A stretch of 64,000 nucleotides of DNA from Cetorhinus maximus. Lineage: Eukaryota. Shown in pieces: positions 1 to 12,985 of this stretch. The position numbers and the translations under genes were made by a program. The DNA lies in NCBI RefSeq assembly GCF_964194155.1, contig NC_135881.1:117986001-118050000 (forward strand), read 5' to 3'. The notes beneath the pieces were generated by a model. That model was not told where the DNA came from. It did no database searches and was given only the letters and a program-made list of their open reading frames with translations. Each line of letters opens with the position of its first letter. Position 1 is the stretch's first letter.

Positions 1-105
1 ATGGTGGAACACGCCAAGGGAGACTTGGCAGCCCAGCCAAAAGTCCATTGATTTTCGGCAGGACCGGACGACCCCGGCAACAGGCAGGGCCGGAAAATCC
101 TGCCC
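1..105. mobile_element. End of a Harbinger-type MITE (window edge)
   Basis: Ends in GGAAAATCCTGCCC, the same AAAATYCNGCCC terminus as other MITEs in the window. Confidence 0.45.
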
Positions 106-1714
106 CAAACCTTTCTTTAAGCATTAAAACATTTGTTGCAATATGCAACAAATTATATGCAATAAAAAATAGCTGGCAGTATGTTTAAAGCTGTAAATTG
201 ATTTGAGTTCTCCTGATCTTCTCAAGCAGCTCGAGCTTCAAGATGGTGGTTTATCACATCATCAGTACATGTACCTCAGTTAAATTACAGCCTTAACCAT
301 TGCCTGCAATCTATTAGCCTATATATGTGTCTAAATTTTGTAGAAAATCTCTTTCCCAGATGTTACATGACAGAAAGTATGTGTTTGAAGCACTGTAGAT
401 TAAAGTAGTAATTAGCATCCATTCTTTAACCCATTGCAGGACACAACAGTACTTCCTCATCAAGTATAACAAGAATAATTGACTGAAACAAATCAATAAA
501 TTAAGACATTTTCTGTTGTTACCCTGATTCCCCAACTCTCCAATAATAATTATGAAAAATATTTTTGTCGGACTTTGTATGATAAAAACAGATTCATATT
601 TTAAGAGTTAAAATATTCGTACAGCTTTGAAAGAGAAGAATATTGTTGAAGCGTTTAGAGAACTTAAAGTAGCACAAATTAATTGATCTTGTCATAAATG
701 TTGCAAGCAACTGAGATAGCTATTCAAGCATTCATTTAATTAGCTGGTTAGTATAATGAAATTAAGAAAATAAGCTTAAAAATAGATATATTGCTCAATT
801 GGCTCAGGAGTACTCAAAGCTGTAGAGAATCATGTGATCTTGATAAATCCTGGCATTCCCTGTGTTAGTAGATAATCCATATTATGACACCTTTGTTTTC
901 AGTGACCTGTTCATTGGCGCAGTTTCTGTGACCTATTGTTTCATGTCAGAATGCCCCCATAAAGCCTCAGTGGGAGGTTCTGTTTTGAGCAAAAACATTC
1001 GGTGTTATTTTTCATGTTAAGAATCTGCCAAAGCCTGCAAGAGAAACAGCATGGTATTCATGGCCTGCTTTTTTATGCTTTTTTTTGCCCAAGATAATTG
1101 ATATCTCAGAACCTAAAGGTCTCAAAAGCGGAGGTGACAAATTATTACAATTCTGTCAGGCCAGGACCCGTGTGCTGTTTCCCTCATGGAGGTGGCTCTT
1201 TTGTTTGAGTCACAGATGCTTTTTTGTTTGGGAAGTAAGCAATGATTGTTGCTATACTGCTACACTAGGTGTTCTTTTACATCCAAGTTTCTCCCCTGTG
1301 GTCAGAGTCATATTACAGCTGGGAGTCCCCAAGAAGCCACAAAATAAAGGGCAAACTGTGTAACCTTCTCTTGTGTTTGAGTGCCGAGCGGGAGATGTGG
1401 GACAGAAATTGAGCTAATTGGAAAAAAATTCAGATCAACTATCCTATCCCTTGCAGCTAGAATTTCAACTTTTTTTTTAATAAAGGAAATGCAGTTGGAA
1501 CCAATTCCTACTGTGATTCTGTCATTGTGGAGGTTTGGACAGTTATTAATGCACAAATTGGTGGCATTATTGTCAACACACTGTTCAGAAAATGGCACAA
1601 GTCCAGCAGCAATTTCAGTACAGAATATTATTGCTTCAGTTTGGGCGGTAACCCTTGGAACTGAGTGCTATAATTGATGCTCCATTTTGCAGTGCAGTAT
1701 TCGGAGATTGCGAT

Positions 1715-1880
1715 GTGTCAGAGATGCAGTCCTTTGCAAGAGACTTTAAATCTAAAGACTGCTCTGCTTGTTTCAGGGGTTCCAGTAAACATTAAAGATC
1801 CCAGAACACTATTTGGGAAACAACAGGGAGGTCTTCCAATGTCCTCCTGACATTCTGCCCTAAGCCAATGCCACCAAATA
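1715..1880 (+). mobile_element. Decayed DeuSINE (SacSINE1/AmnSINE1-like central domain)
   Basis: Segment TTAAAGATCCCAGAACACTATTTGGGAAACAACAGGGAGGTCTTCCAATGTCCT resembles the Deu-domain as recalled; not aligned computationally. Confidence 0.5.
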
Positions 1881-3675
1881 CAGAAATAAAACCAGCAAAC
1901 AGTGGAAATATTCAGCAGGTCATGCAGCATCTGTGGAGAGAGAAAGAGGGCTTCATTGACCTGAAACCAATGGCCCAAATCTTCTGATATAGGAATAGGC
2001 CTCCGATTCAACTTATATCACTGATGCGCATCAGAACCCTGAAGAAGTCCCAACGTTCACACATTCGCAGTAGTTAAGCAGGAAGTTTAAAGTTCCGATT
2101 GCCAGTTTTACCCTGCCCGGATTGCTCCATGATGCCAATGACAGTGGGATCAGATGGCCAGAACCACCGAGACTTGGGCTTTTTACATGGATTTACTTAA
2201 GAGTTTTTCAAATCAGAGGCAGTGAAGCTCTAAGTAAATGAGCTGAGAGTCAAAGCATTCCAGCACCCACAGCAATGTTCAGCCAATGTCCTAGCAATGT
2301 TCACACCCCCTCTCATCAATGTTCACCTATCCCCCTCACCCAGCAATGTTCAACACCACCTCCCCACTTTGCGACAATGTTCACTCCCCCCACCCTTCCG
2401 CTGCCCCATCCCTTCCCAGCAATATTCAACCCCTGGCAATGTTCAACACCACCAACACCGCCACCAACCCCCCAAACCTTCCTCTCCCCCCCCTACCTCC
2501 ACCTACACTTTCTGACAATATTCACCACTTCCCATCCCATCCCAGCAGTGCAGCTGCACTCCCCCACCGTCCCCGAGATGTCACAGGATATTTTTACTGT
2601 ACATGGAAGGAGGAAAGAGTGATTATTGATTGTGCTTTAAACTCTGCTTCAGTCTCAGTTACTGTGCAGAACTTTCAGAGGGCCAGTGAATAAATGCTTA
2701 ACTGGGAGATGCTTGTCTGAGAAGGTATTGCCCAGATCACCTGCAAAATCACTGTATGGGTCAGGTCCATGTGGGGGTACAGTAAGAGGGATCGCCACTA
2801 TCTGTCCACCAATGCATTTGGGGGCTCAGGTGTGAGACAAGGAAGAGGGCCAATAATGTCACATAGAGCCAGGAAGCTGAGTTCAATGGGTGGTCGACTG
2901 ATTCAGTCACCCGTGCGTGTTCATCATCTCCCTCCTGACCATGCTCACCCCCCAACTCCCATCCTAGCAATGTCCAAATCCCCCCGGACTATGTTCACCC
3001 CTCCCACCCCCAGAGAGACCATGCTCACCCCCTCCTGCCCCTTGGACAGCACAGTGCTCACCCCCTCCCAAACACCCTCTCCTTCCAGAATCCCTGGCTC
3101 CTGTCTGACCAATGTTGGAAGAATCAGCATTGTCGGGGAATGCGGTGAGGGAGGCGGGGTTGAGCATTTTTGTGGAATGAGCTGGGGTGAATACTGTCTG
3201 GGGTGAAGTGGGATGGATACTATCAGGGGTGAGAGAAGGGGATTGAACATTGTAAGGGTGAGGGGGTGTTTGCAATGTCTGTGGGGTGACGCTGTGCAGT
3301 TTCAGAGGTTGATAGCTCCATTTAAAACAGTGTAGTCAATGATCAGAAGACAGACCTTAAGGGGCATGTCCTCAGTTCATAACAAGAAAAGGGGATATGA
3401 CTGTGCTGGAATTACATCCAAGAATTTGCCTCCCAACTCTGTTCGTCCCTGCATTCCTGCTGGAGCTGGCATCGGAAGGTGCAAAGGTTCCAGTGTAAAA
3501 TGCTAAGTGGCCAGTTTAAATCGTAGCCAGCATCAGATGCAGCCTGTCTGACACTGACCGGAAGATCTGGGCCATTAACTTTATGTCTTTCTTAGCAGGT
3601 GTTGCTTGCTGTGCTGATTTTTTCCCAGCATTTTTGTTTCTATTTTAGATTTCCAGCATTCGCAGTATTTTACTT
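1880..3675. mobile_element. Penelope-derived hairpin repeat (1880-1971 + 3574-3675) split by a MITE
   Basis: Left piece GGAAATATTCAGCAGGTCATGCAGCATCTGTGGAGAG...GACCTGAAAC and right piece ATTAACT...GATTTCCAGCATTCGCAGTATTTT match the layout of the intact copy at 36157-36411. Confidence 0.6.
1972..3573. mobile_element. Non-autonomous Harbinger-type element with internal CAATGTTCA arrays
   Basis: Imperfect TIRs GGCCCAAATCTTCTGA / CCGGAAGATCTGGGCC; flanks AAT and ATT; no coding capacity. Confidence 0.6.
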
Positions 3676-4072
3676 GTGTAACCAAATACGGAGTAGCTGA
3701 TTATTCATCTCTGTTTTATTTTGCTATGTACTAAATGATATTTGTATTTGTCAATGTAACATAGATTACAGTTTGATGTAATATCTTGCGTTTGGAGAAT
3801 TTGGGGCATTTTTGAGAAACATTGTAAAGGTAAATATACATAAATTTGTTTGACCCTCTTCAGTAGGACCTAAGCTAAAATTTCAAAACATGCAGAGAGC
3901 CTAATTGTACTCTGCAAAAAATAACAAATTAAAGAAGAGTTTGATTCATATTAAACTCTGGAACATTTTGAATTCTGTCTGTAAAACCTACCATGCTATT
4001 GGTTTCTTTCTTTTTCACACCATTCATTCAGGACTAAAAACCAGATTCAGTCACAAAAAAGTGGCACACCTT

Positions 4073-4452
4073 GGGCAGAACTTTATGCTGATTTCAGATG
4101 TGAAATCTCGCGAGATGACGTTGGGGGAGTGTCCCGACATCATCCCGTGCTCGTGCAATCTTTCGGTCGGTGGGCGCATGCAAAAGTCGGAAACGCGCCC
4201 GCCAACAATTAAAAGGGCAATTAAGCCCATTAATGGAGCAATTGACTCTGATTTTATGTGGTCCGTCCAACCTTATGGTTGGCGGATGGACGAATTGGCA
4301 AGGTGGCCTTTACATTTTCCATGAAAACTCATCCACAGGCCAATTAACGGCCAGCCAATGTGAAATTGGGGGCTGGTCGCAGTTGGTGGTCCGTTCCCCA
4401 GCTGATCCCGGGCCTGCCAATCCCACCCGCCGCCAACCTAAAAACTCAGGCC
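4073..4452. mobile_element. Harbinger-type MITE
   Basis: Termini GGGCAGAACTTT / AAAACTCAGGCC with 3-bp TSD CTT (4070-4072, 4453-4455); GC-rich island in AT-rich flanks. Confidence 0.6.
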
Positions 4453-5007
4453 CTTGTTTTGATGTACAATTACCCCAGAATAGATGTTACATCTATAACA
4501 GATATCTGAGGCTGGGCCCAACTATACCATTCAAATATAAACATTCCATGGCTTTCTTTGATGTGTTTGATTGGCATCTCTATTTGAGTTAGATGTTTAA
4601 ATTACTTTTGCCCAATTGAGATGTCTATCTAAAAATCATTGACAAGATAAAGGGCTAGAAAGACTTGATGGAAGATCAGCAGTGAACAGACACACTAAGC
4701 TTTAACTCAGTGGATGTAACTGTTTGTTTCTATCATTCTGTGCAGGAATAATTAAGCCTGTGGCCATTGTTACCTGCAGCATGTCAATGTTACTGTTCAC
4801 TTGTCAATTTAAGGTTTAAAGCCCAGTTGTCGGTTTACAGCCTAGGCTGTGGTTTATACAGTTCTTATTCTTTTGCCATGTGAAATCAAGCAAGATCACA
4901 CAGAATATATGATATAAGTTGTGAGCTGGAATACAAAGGGTCTTCTGTTCATCCCTACATTATTGAGATATTGGTTCAGAGGGTGTGAACTTGAGTAAAG
5001 AAATCTG

Positions 5008-5605
5008 GAGGAGAATTTTCTCCCCGTCGGGCAGGAGAGTTGGGAGGGGGCACGGGTGGGCGCAAAGCCGATCGCCATTTTACGTGGGCGTGCCAATTAA
5101 GGCCCGCCCAGTGTGACGCACACCCGGAAGCGCTCAGCGCTACCTGTGCGGGCGGGGGGAGGAAGGAGAGTTGGGTCCTGCACTCTTTCACGTGCATGCG
5201 CACAAAAGAGCGCAGAAATCTCCCTGAGGCACAGAGCTGCCTCAGGGAGATTAATTTTGGTCGTAAAGAAAAAAAAATTAGTCAGACATGTCCCCTCATG
5301 TGACATTGTCACATGAGCTGTGACATGTTTATGAATTTTTACAAAACATTTTTTTGAATTAATAAACCCTTCATGAAACCTCATCCCGCCCGTGCATGAG
5401 GTTCCATGAAAAATGCGAAGGTCGTCTGGGCTCTTCGCCTGCTCGCCAACCTTAAGGTTGGATGGGCAGCCCTGACAAGTACTTTAATTAGTTGAGTAAT
5501 GGCCTTAAAAAGCCTTTGACAGCTCGGTGGGCATGCAGCGACACAGGTGCGCGCCCGCCAAACTGAAAATCAGAATGACACGTGGTGACATCAGGATGCG
5601 CGCCT
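5008..5605. mobile_element. Harbinger-type MITE, truncated; same family as 24131-24798
   Basis: Collinear similarity to 24131-24798 (e.g. CCATTTTACGTGGGCG.GCCAATTAAGGCC, TGTCCCCTCATGTGACA.TGTCACATGAG). Confidence 0.7.
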
Positions 5606-5656
5606 GAGGAGAAACAGAATTAGTGTTTCAGGTCGATGGCCTTTCATCAGAACTGA
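5606..5656 (-). repeat. Penelope pLTR fragment with degenerate minimal hammerhead motif
   Basis: Minus strand reads CAGTT-CTGATGA-A-AGGCC-ATC-GACCT-GAAA-CACT-AATT; the core is intact but the ACGT palindrome is lost. Confidence 0.6.
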
Positions 5657-5729
5657 AATCTTTGTTTATTAAACACACATTTAGTTCCAGGCTTATGTGG
5701 TTAAAAGATTACCTTTTTTTCTCCCATTT

Positions 5730-8700
5730 CATAAGAACATAAGAAATAGGAGCAGGAGTAGGCCATTCAGCCACTCAAGCCTGCCCACCATTCACTAAGA
5801 TCAAGGCTGATCTGCCCAGGCCTCAGCTCCTCTTTCTTGCCAGCTCCTCATAGCCCTCAACTCCCCGATATTTCAAAAATTTATCTACCTCCTCTTTAAA
5901 TACTTTCAGTGATCTAGCCTCCACAACTCTCTGGGGTAGAGAATTCCAGACATTCACTACCCTCTGAGAGAAGAAATTCCTTCGCATCTCAGTTTTAAAT
6001 GAGTGTCCCCTTATTCTGTAACTATGTCCCCTAGTTCGAGATTCCCCCACTTGTGGAAACATCTTCTCAACATCTACCCTGTCAAGACCCCTCAGAATCT
6101 TGTACGTTTCAATAAGATCACCCCTCATTCTTCTAAACTCTAATGAATAAAGGCCTAACCTGCTTAGCCATTCTTGATATGTCAACCCCTTCATCCCAGG
6201 AATCAGCTGAGTGAATCTCTTTTGAACTGTCTCCAATGCCAGTATATCCTTTCTTAAATACGGGGACCAAAACCGTACACAGTACTCCAGGTGTGGCCTC
6301 ACCAACACCCTGTACAGTTGTAACAAGACTTCCCTATTTTTAAACTCCAACCCCCTAGCAATACAGGCCAAAATTCCATTTGCCTTCTTAATTACTTGCT
6401 GCGCCTGCATGCTAACCTTTTGTGTTTCATGCACAAAAACACCCAGATCCCTCTGTTCTGCACATTTTTGGAGCCTCTCTCATATAAATAATAGTCTGCC
6501 ATTTGATCCTTCCTACCAAAGTGCATGACCTCACACTTTCCTACGTTAAAATCCATCTGTCAAGTTTTTGCCCACTCACTCAACCGATCTATATCCCCTT
6601 GCAGATTCCTTATGTCCTCATCACAACATGCCCTCCCACCTATTTTTGTATTGTCAGCAAGTTTGGATATATTATACTCTGCCCCCTCCTCCAAGTCATT
6701 AATATAGATAGTAAATAATTGAGGCCTGAGGACTGATCCTTGTGGTACTCCACTAGCTACGTCTTTCCAACCTGGAAAAGACCCATTAATCCCGACACTC
6801 TGTCTTCTGTGTGTTAACCAATCCTCAATCCATGCTAATACATTACCCCTGATACCGTGAGCTCCTATCTTGTGCAATAACCTTTTATGTGACACCTTAT
6901 AAAATGCCTTCTGGAAATCCAAATACATTACAACTACCGGTTCCCCTTTATCAACTCTGCTTGTTATATCCTCAAAGAACTCCAGCAAATTTGTCAAACA
7001 TGATTTCCCTTTCACAAAACCATGTTGACTCTGTTTGATTGTGTTAAGCTTTTCTAAATGTCCTGCTATTTTTTCCTTGATAATGGACTCTAGCATTTAC
7101 CCAATGACAAATGTCAGGCTGACTGGCCCATAGTTTCCTGCTTTTTGTTTCCCTCCCTTCTTGAACAGGGGCGTCACATTAATGGTTTTCCAATCCGGTG
7201 GGACCCTCCCGGAATCCAGTGAGTTCTGGAATATTTCAACCAATGCCCCCACTATCTCTCCAGCCACTTCCTTTAAAACCCTTGGATGCAGGCCATCAGG
7301 TCCTGGTGACTGGTCTGCCTTTAGTCCCATTAGCTTGTCAAACACCTTGTCTCTCATGAGACTGTAACAAGATCTTTCCTCCCATTAGCTCCTTGCTTAT
7401 CTGGTATCGTTAGGATGTTTATAGTGTCCTCCACTGTGAAGACCGATTCAAAATATTGGTTTAAATTATCTGCCATTTCCTTGTTCCCTGTTATCAATTC
7501 TCCAGTCGCATCCTCCAAGGGTCCCACGTTCACTTTAACTACTCTCTTTTTATATATCTGTAGAAGCTCTTGCTGTTTATTTTTATATTTCTTGCCAAAT
7601 TACTTTCATAATCAGTTTTCTCCCTCTTTATTAGCTTTTTAGTCATCAGCTGCTGGTTCCTAAAATATTCCCAATCCTCTGGCCTGCCACTAGTTTTCAC
7701 CACTTTATATGCCTTAGTTTTTGATTGGATACTCTGCCTGACCATCTTTGTTAACCACAGGTGGTTCAACCTTCTTTTTCATCATTTTTTTTGACCGGGA
7801 TAAATTTTTGTCCAGCTTTATGAATTATCTGCTTAAATGTCTGCCATTGCTCATCCACTGGCCTTCCCCTTAGTCTATTTTCCCAGCCCGCTTTAGACAA
7901 CTCTTTCTTCATATCTCTGTAATTTCCCTTATTTAAGTTGAGGACACTGGTTTGAGACCCGATTTTCTCACCTTCAAACTGAATTTGAAATTCTACCATA
8001 TTGTGTTCGCTACCCCCTAGAGGACCCTTAGCTACGAGATCTCTTACTAATCCTACCTCATTACACATTACTAGATCAAAAATAGCCTGTTCCTGGATAG
8101 GTTCTGCAAAGTATTGCTCTAAGAAACAATCCCTGACGCACTCTACAAATTTGTCTTCCATGTTACCCCTGCCAATCTGATTTGTCCAGTCAATATGTAG
8201 ATTAAAATCACAAGTGACAATTGTAGTGCACTTCTTAAATGCCTCCATAATTTCCTGATTTATAAATTGTCTTACAGTGAGGCAACTCTTAGGGGGCCTA
8301 TAGACAGCTCCCACCCGTGACTTCTATCCCTTGCTATTCCTTATTTTCACCAAAACTGATACCACATCACAATCTATTGCACCTATATCACTATTCATCA
8401 CCACACTGATATCTTCCTTTATTAACAAAGCTACCCCACCTTTTCCTTTTTGCCTATTTTTCCGGAACGTCGAATACCCTTGAATATTGAATTCCCCGTC
8501 TTGGCCACCCTGCAACCACGTCTCTATAATAGCTATCAAGTCATATTCATTTATTTCTATTTGGACCATAACTCATCTATCTTGTTACAAATGCTGTGTG
8601 CATTCAGATAAAGAGCCTTAAGCTTTGAACTTTTACAATTATTACTCACCCTGGTTCTAATTTCTGCTGCACTTTTCTGCTTATATTTTCTGCCTCTTCC

Positions 8701-9470
8701 TGTCACACTTTGATTATTGTTCGCCTCTTCACTACCCTGCACCTCTGCTCTCTTGTTCTTTTTGATTTTTTAAGCTTCCCTTCAATTGAACCCTTCCCCC
8801 CTCACTAATTAGTTTAAAGTCCTATCTGCAACCCTAGTTATACGATTCACCAGGATGCTGGTCCCAGCATGGCTCAAATGAAGCCCGACACAATGGAACA
8901 GCTCTCTCCTTCCCCAGTACTGGTGCCAGTGCCCCATGAATTGGAATCCATTTCTCCCACACCAATCTTTGAGCCACGCATTTATCTCTCTAATCTTATT
9001 TACCCTACGCCAATTTGCACATAGCTCAGGTAGTAATCCGGAGATTATTACCTTTGTGGTTCTGCTTTTTAATTTAGCCCCAAGCAGCTTGTAGTCCCTC
9101 AGCAGAACTTCTTCCCTAGTCCTACCTATGTCATTGGTACCTAGGTGGACCACAACAACTGGATCCTTCCCCTCCCAGTCCAAGTTCCTCCCAGCCTAGA
9201 AGAGACGTCATTAACCTTGGCACCAGGTAGGCAACACAGCCTTTGGGACTCTCTGTCTTTGTTGCAGAGAACATTCCCTTAACTATGCTATCCCCTATTT
9301 CTACTACATTTCTCTTTTCTCCTCCTACTTGAATGGCGCCCTGTACCACGGGACTGTGGTCAGTTTGCTCATCCTCCCTGTAGTCTGTGCCCTCGTCCAC
9401 ACTGGGAGCAAGAACCTTATACCTATTGGACAAGGGCACTGGCTGAGCCTCCTCCAAAGCTAAATTCAAT
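5730..9470 (-). mobile_element. CR1 LINE, ~3.7 kb, frameshifted (ORF1 SGNH/GDSL esterase + ORF2 APE endonuclease-RT)
   Basis: ORF fragments: GDS / VVVHLGTND / HLSHAG (esterase ORF1, 8809-9470); LYLNAHSI.NK, IAIIETWL, VYRPP, DFN (APE); SPGPDGLHP, QHGFVKGKSCLTNL, YLDFQKAF, GVPQGSVL, KLADNTK (RT); 3' (TTCTTATG)n tail at 5730. Confidence 0.95.
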
Positions 9471-10952
9471 GTCATTTTCTCCTCATCATGACTTCTCTCC
9501 AAGAAATTTACTGTTCACCAAGGTCAGCCTTTTCCAAGTTTTTATCAACACGGCTTTGGGACAAAATCGCAAAAATGGTTGACACGGAATTGTCTATTCA
9601 ATAACAGAGTTGCTGAGGTGATTTACTCACAAGTTACCCAGGTTGTGTTTTGTAAAGCTCAAGATTAATGTTGAAAACTAAAGCATTTGGAAAGCTATAT
9701 TTATATTTCCCACATAACTTATGAGCATTTAAAAACTTTCATGAATTTTGAGACTCCTGAGCGAATTAAAAATGTTGGCAATAACAAACAGCGGTCCGTT
9801 CTCCCTTTATTGCAGCATCTGGTTACCTCTAGCAAATTTTCCCATAATTTTTTAGCTAAAATTAGAAACTAAAAGCCCAGGGAAAAGTGAAGGAGAATCC
9901 ATACTCACCAATCTGTGGTACCAAAGCACATTACCAAGAGTCATTCTTTAGGCCAAAATTATTTGTACATATCGAAAATGTAATACATGCCTCGGAGGGA
10001 GTTGAAGGCTGTACCTGATCTTGGGGCTTAGCTATTGTTCGTTTGTGAATTCCTTTTTCAGATTATCTGCCAGAGTTTCTCCAGGCATCGTCTATATACA
10101 AATAAATTGAGGAGAAAATTGATTCCATAGTGTATCCTTACAATCTCCATTTAGTTAGCCTTGCCTGCTTATCCTTGCCTGAATACAGCTGTTCTAAAGT
10201 TCCATAGGGGATTTGCACTAGCTGAAATATGGTTGTAGCATGCAAAATGATATCATGCCACCCCTGAACATCAGTACAAAGTCTCTTTTGCACTGTGGTT
10301 AACCTTTATGAATTTGCACTCTAAAAGTGCAATTTAAAAAAATCTACCCTTCTGGTTTAAATTCTTGTGCCCTTTAAATGTCCTGTGCAAAAGCAACAAT
10401 GTAAATTTATTTACTCTAGCTATTTTGATAGGAATCAAGATTCTGACTTCATGATATTGGTTTAAGGATCACACATCATTACAAGCCAGAAATGCTTGTT
10501 TATTAATCATGCATATAATACAGTGTATCAAGGAAGACTGAACCTTTTACAAGATGAGGCTTTGAGATATCTCAAGTGCTACCTACACAGGTGCCTTATC
10601 ACCTAGGTACTAAGGATGATTGGGTGGGTTCTGGTATGCATGTCCAATCCTTATCCCCAGATTTTCTGTCCAGTGCTCTTGCCAGGTGAGGGACAGTATT
10701 AATCATTATTTACAAAGGCATGGATTAATTAAGGACAGTCAGCACAGATTTGTTAAGGGAAGCTTGTGTCTGACTAGCTTGATTGAATTTTTTGAGGAGG
10801 TAAATGTGGGCCGGGGGGCATGATTAAGAATTTTGCAGAAGATGTAAAAATTGGATGTGTGGTTGAGAGTGAGGATGAAAGCTGTATGCTGAAAGAGGAA
10901 GCAGTTGAGATAGTGGATAGGTTAACAACTGACAAAGAGAGATATTAGAAAT

Positions 10953-11069
10953 AACAGCAAAATACTGCAGATGCTGGAAATCTGAAACAAAAATAGCTGG
11001 AAAAGCTCAGCAGGTCTGATAGCATCTGAGGAGAGGAATACAGTTAATGTTTCGAGTTCGTATGACTCA
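10953..11069 (-). mobile_element. Short truncated Penelope-derived insertion with 13-bp TSD
   Basis: AGATATTAGAAAT is duplicated at 10940-10952 and 11070-11082; the insert matches the PLE repeat (GCAGATGCTGGAAATCT...CTCAGCAGGTCTG...CAGTTAATGTTTCGAG). Confidence 0.8.
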
Positions 11070-11847
11070 AGATATTAGAAATGCTGGCTGCACTTAGAGT
11101 TAAGTCACGGAGACCAGATGAGATGCACCTGACGATGTTGAGGGAAGTAAGTGTACTGGCATGATCTTCTAACCCTCATTAGAAAAGGGAGTGGTGCCAG
11201 AGGACTGGAGAATTGCAAATGTTACACCCTTGTTCCAAAACAGGTGTAAAGATAAACCCAGGAACTATCAGCCACTCAGTTTAACCTCGGTGGTGGCACC
11301 ACTTTTAGAAATAATAATCCTGTTCAAAATGAACAGTTACTTGGACTAGTATGGATTAATTGAAGAAAGTCAGCGTGAATTTGTTAAAGGCAAATCGTGT
11401 TTAACTAACTTTGATGTAACAGAAAAGTTTGATGGGAGTAATGTAGTTGATGTTGTGTACAAGGACTTCCAAAAAGTGTTTGATACAGTGCTACATAATA
11501 AGCTTGTCAGCGAGTTTGAAGCCCATAGAATAAAAGGGACAGTGGTAGCATGGATTTGAAGTTGGCTGAATGACAGGAAATAGAGTAGTGGTGAATGGTT
11601 GTTTTTTAGACTGTGGGAAAATATCAATGATCTGGCCAGATGGGCAGAAAAGTGGCAAATGCAATTCAATCTGGAGAAGTATGAGGTAATGCATTTGGGG
11701 AAGCCAAACAAGGCAAGGGAGTAGGTAGGAAATGGTAGGATACTCAGAAGTGTACAGGAGCAGAAGGACCTTGGTATACATGAACAAAGGGGATGTTTTC
11801 CTTTATTCATTTACAGGGCATTATGCTAGAACTGTATAAACACACAA

Positions 11848-12985
11848 ATCATAGATTGATTACATTTAGAAGGAGACCATTCAGCCCATTGTGTCTGTGC
11901 CGGCTCAGTTTAAGGGCAACTCTACTTTCTCTCTCCCCTGTCATTTACCCCTAGCCCTAAATTTTTTTCTCTTCAGAAAATTATTCAATTCTCTTTTGAA
12001 AGTCATGATTTAATTTGCTTCCACCACACTCTCAGACAGTGCATTCCAAATTTAATCACTCGCTGTGTAAAAGGTTTTTCTTCATGTTACTTTTGGTTCT
12101 TTTGCCAATCACCTTAGGAACATAGGAACAGGAGTAGGCCATTCAGCCCATCAAGCCTGTTCCGCCATTCAATATGATCATGGCTGATCATCTTCAATGC
12201 CTTTTTCCAACACTATCCCTGTATCCCTTTACGTCACTGGTATTTAGAAATATGTCACGCTTTACTTTAAACATACTCAATGACTGAGCTTTCGCAGCCC
12301 TCTGGGGTAGAGATTTCCAAAGATTCACAGCCTCTGGGTAAAAAAATTTCTCCTCATCTCGATCCAAAGTAGCTTCCCCTTAATTTGAAATTGTTTCTCC
12401 GGTTCTAGACTCCACAACCAGGGTAGTCTAGAATCTACATCAACCCTGCTTATCCCTTTAAGTATTTTTTAAGTTTCAATGAGATCACCTCTCATTCTTC
12501 GAAATTCTAGAGAATACAGGCCCAGTTTCCCCAATCTCTCCTCGTAGGACAGTCCTGCCATTCCGCAAACAAGTCTGGTGAACCTTTGTTGCACTCCCCC
12601 TATGGCAATAATATCCTTCCTAAGGTAAGAGGTCCAAAACTGCACACAGTACTTCAAGTGCAATCTAACCAAGGTTCTATACAATTGAAGCAAGATTTCT
12701 CTACTGTACTCAAATCCTCTTGTGATAAAGGCTAAGATACTCTTGGCCTTCCTAATTACTTGCTGCACGTGCATGTTCGCTTTCAGCGACTTATTGACGA
12801 GGACTCCCTTTGTACATCTACATATTCTAATCTCTTAACATTAAGAATCACTCTGTACATCCTTTCCTCCTATGTGATTTTCCACTCATAAATCCACGTT
12901 GACTATGCCTGATCAGATCATTATTATCCAAGTGGCCGTTTATCACATCTTTTATAATAGATTCTAGTATTTTCCCTCCTACTGT
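11848..12985 (-). mobile_element. Two - strand CR1 3' fragments nested in the + strand CR1
   Basis: ORF 12469-12774 (LYRTLVRLHLKYCVQFW...LYSLEFRRMRGDLIET); tails at ~11850 and ~12116 (TAGGAACATAGGAACA). Confidence 0.8.

Noticed and set aside
2275-3275. Several Pro/Thr-rich ORFs
   Set aside because: Translations of low-complexity CAATGTTCA-Cn arrays inside a TIR element.
776-9865. MEF2-like sites TTAAAAATAG (776-785) and CTAAAATTAG (9856-9865)
   Set aside because: Isolated matches expected by chance in AT-rich DNA; no supporting evidence.
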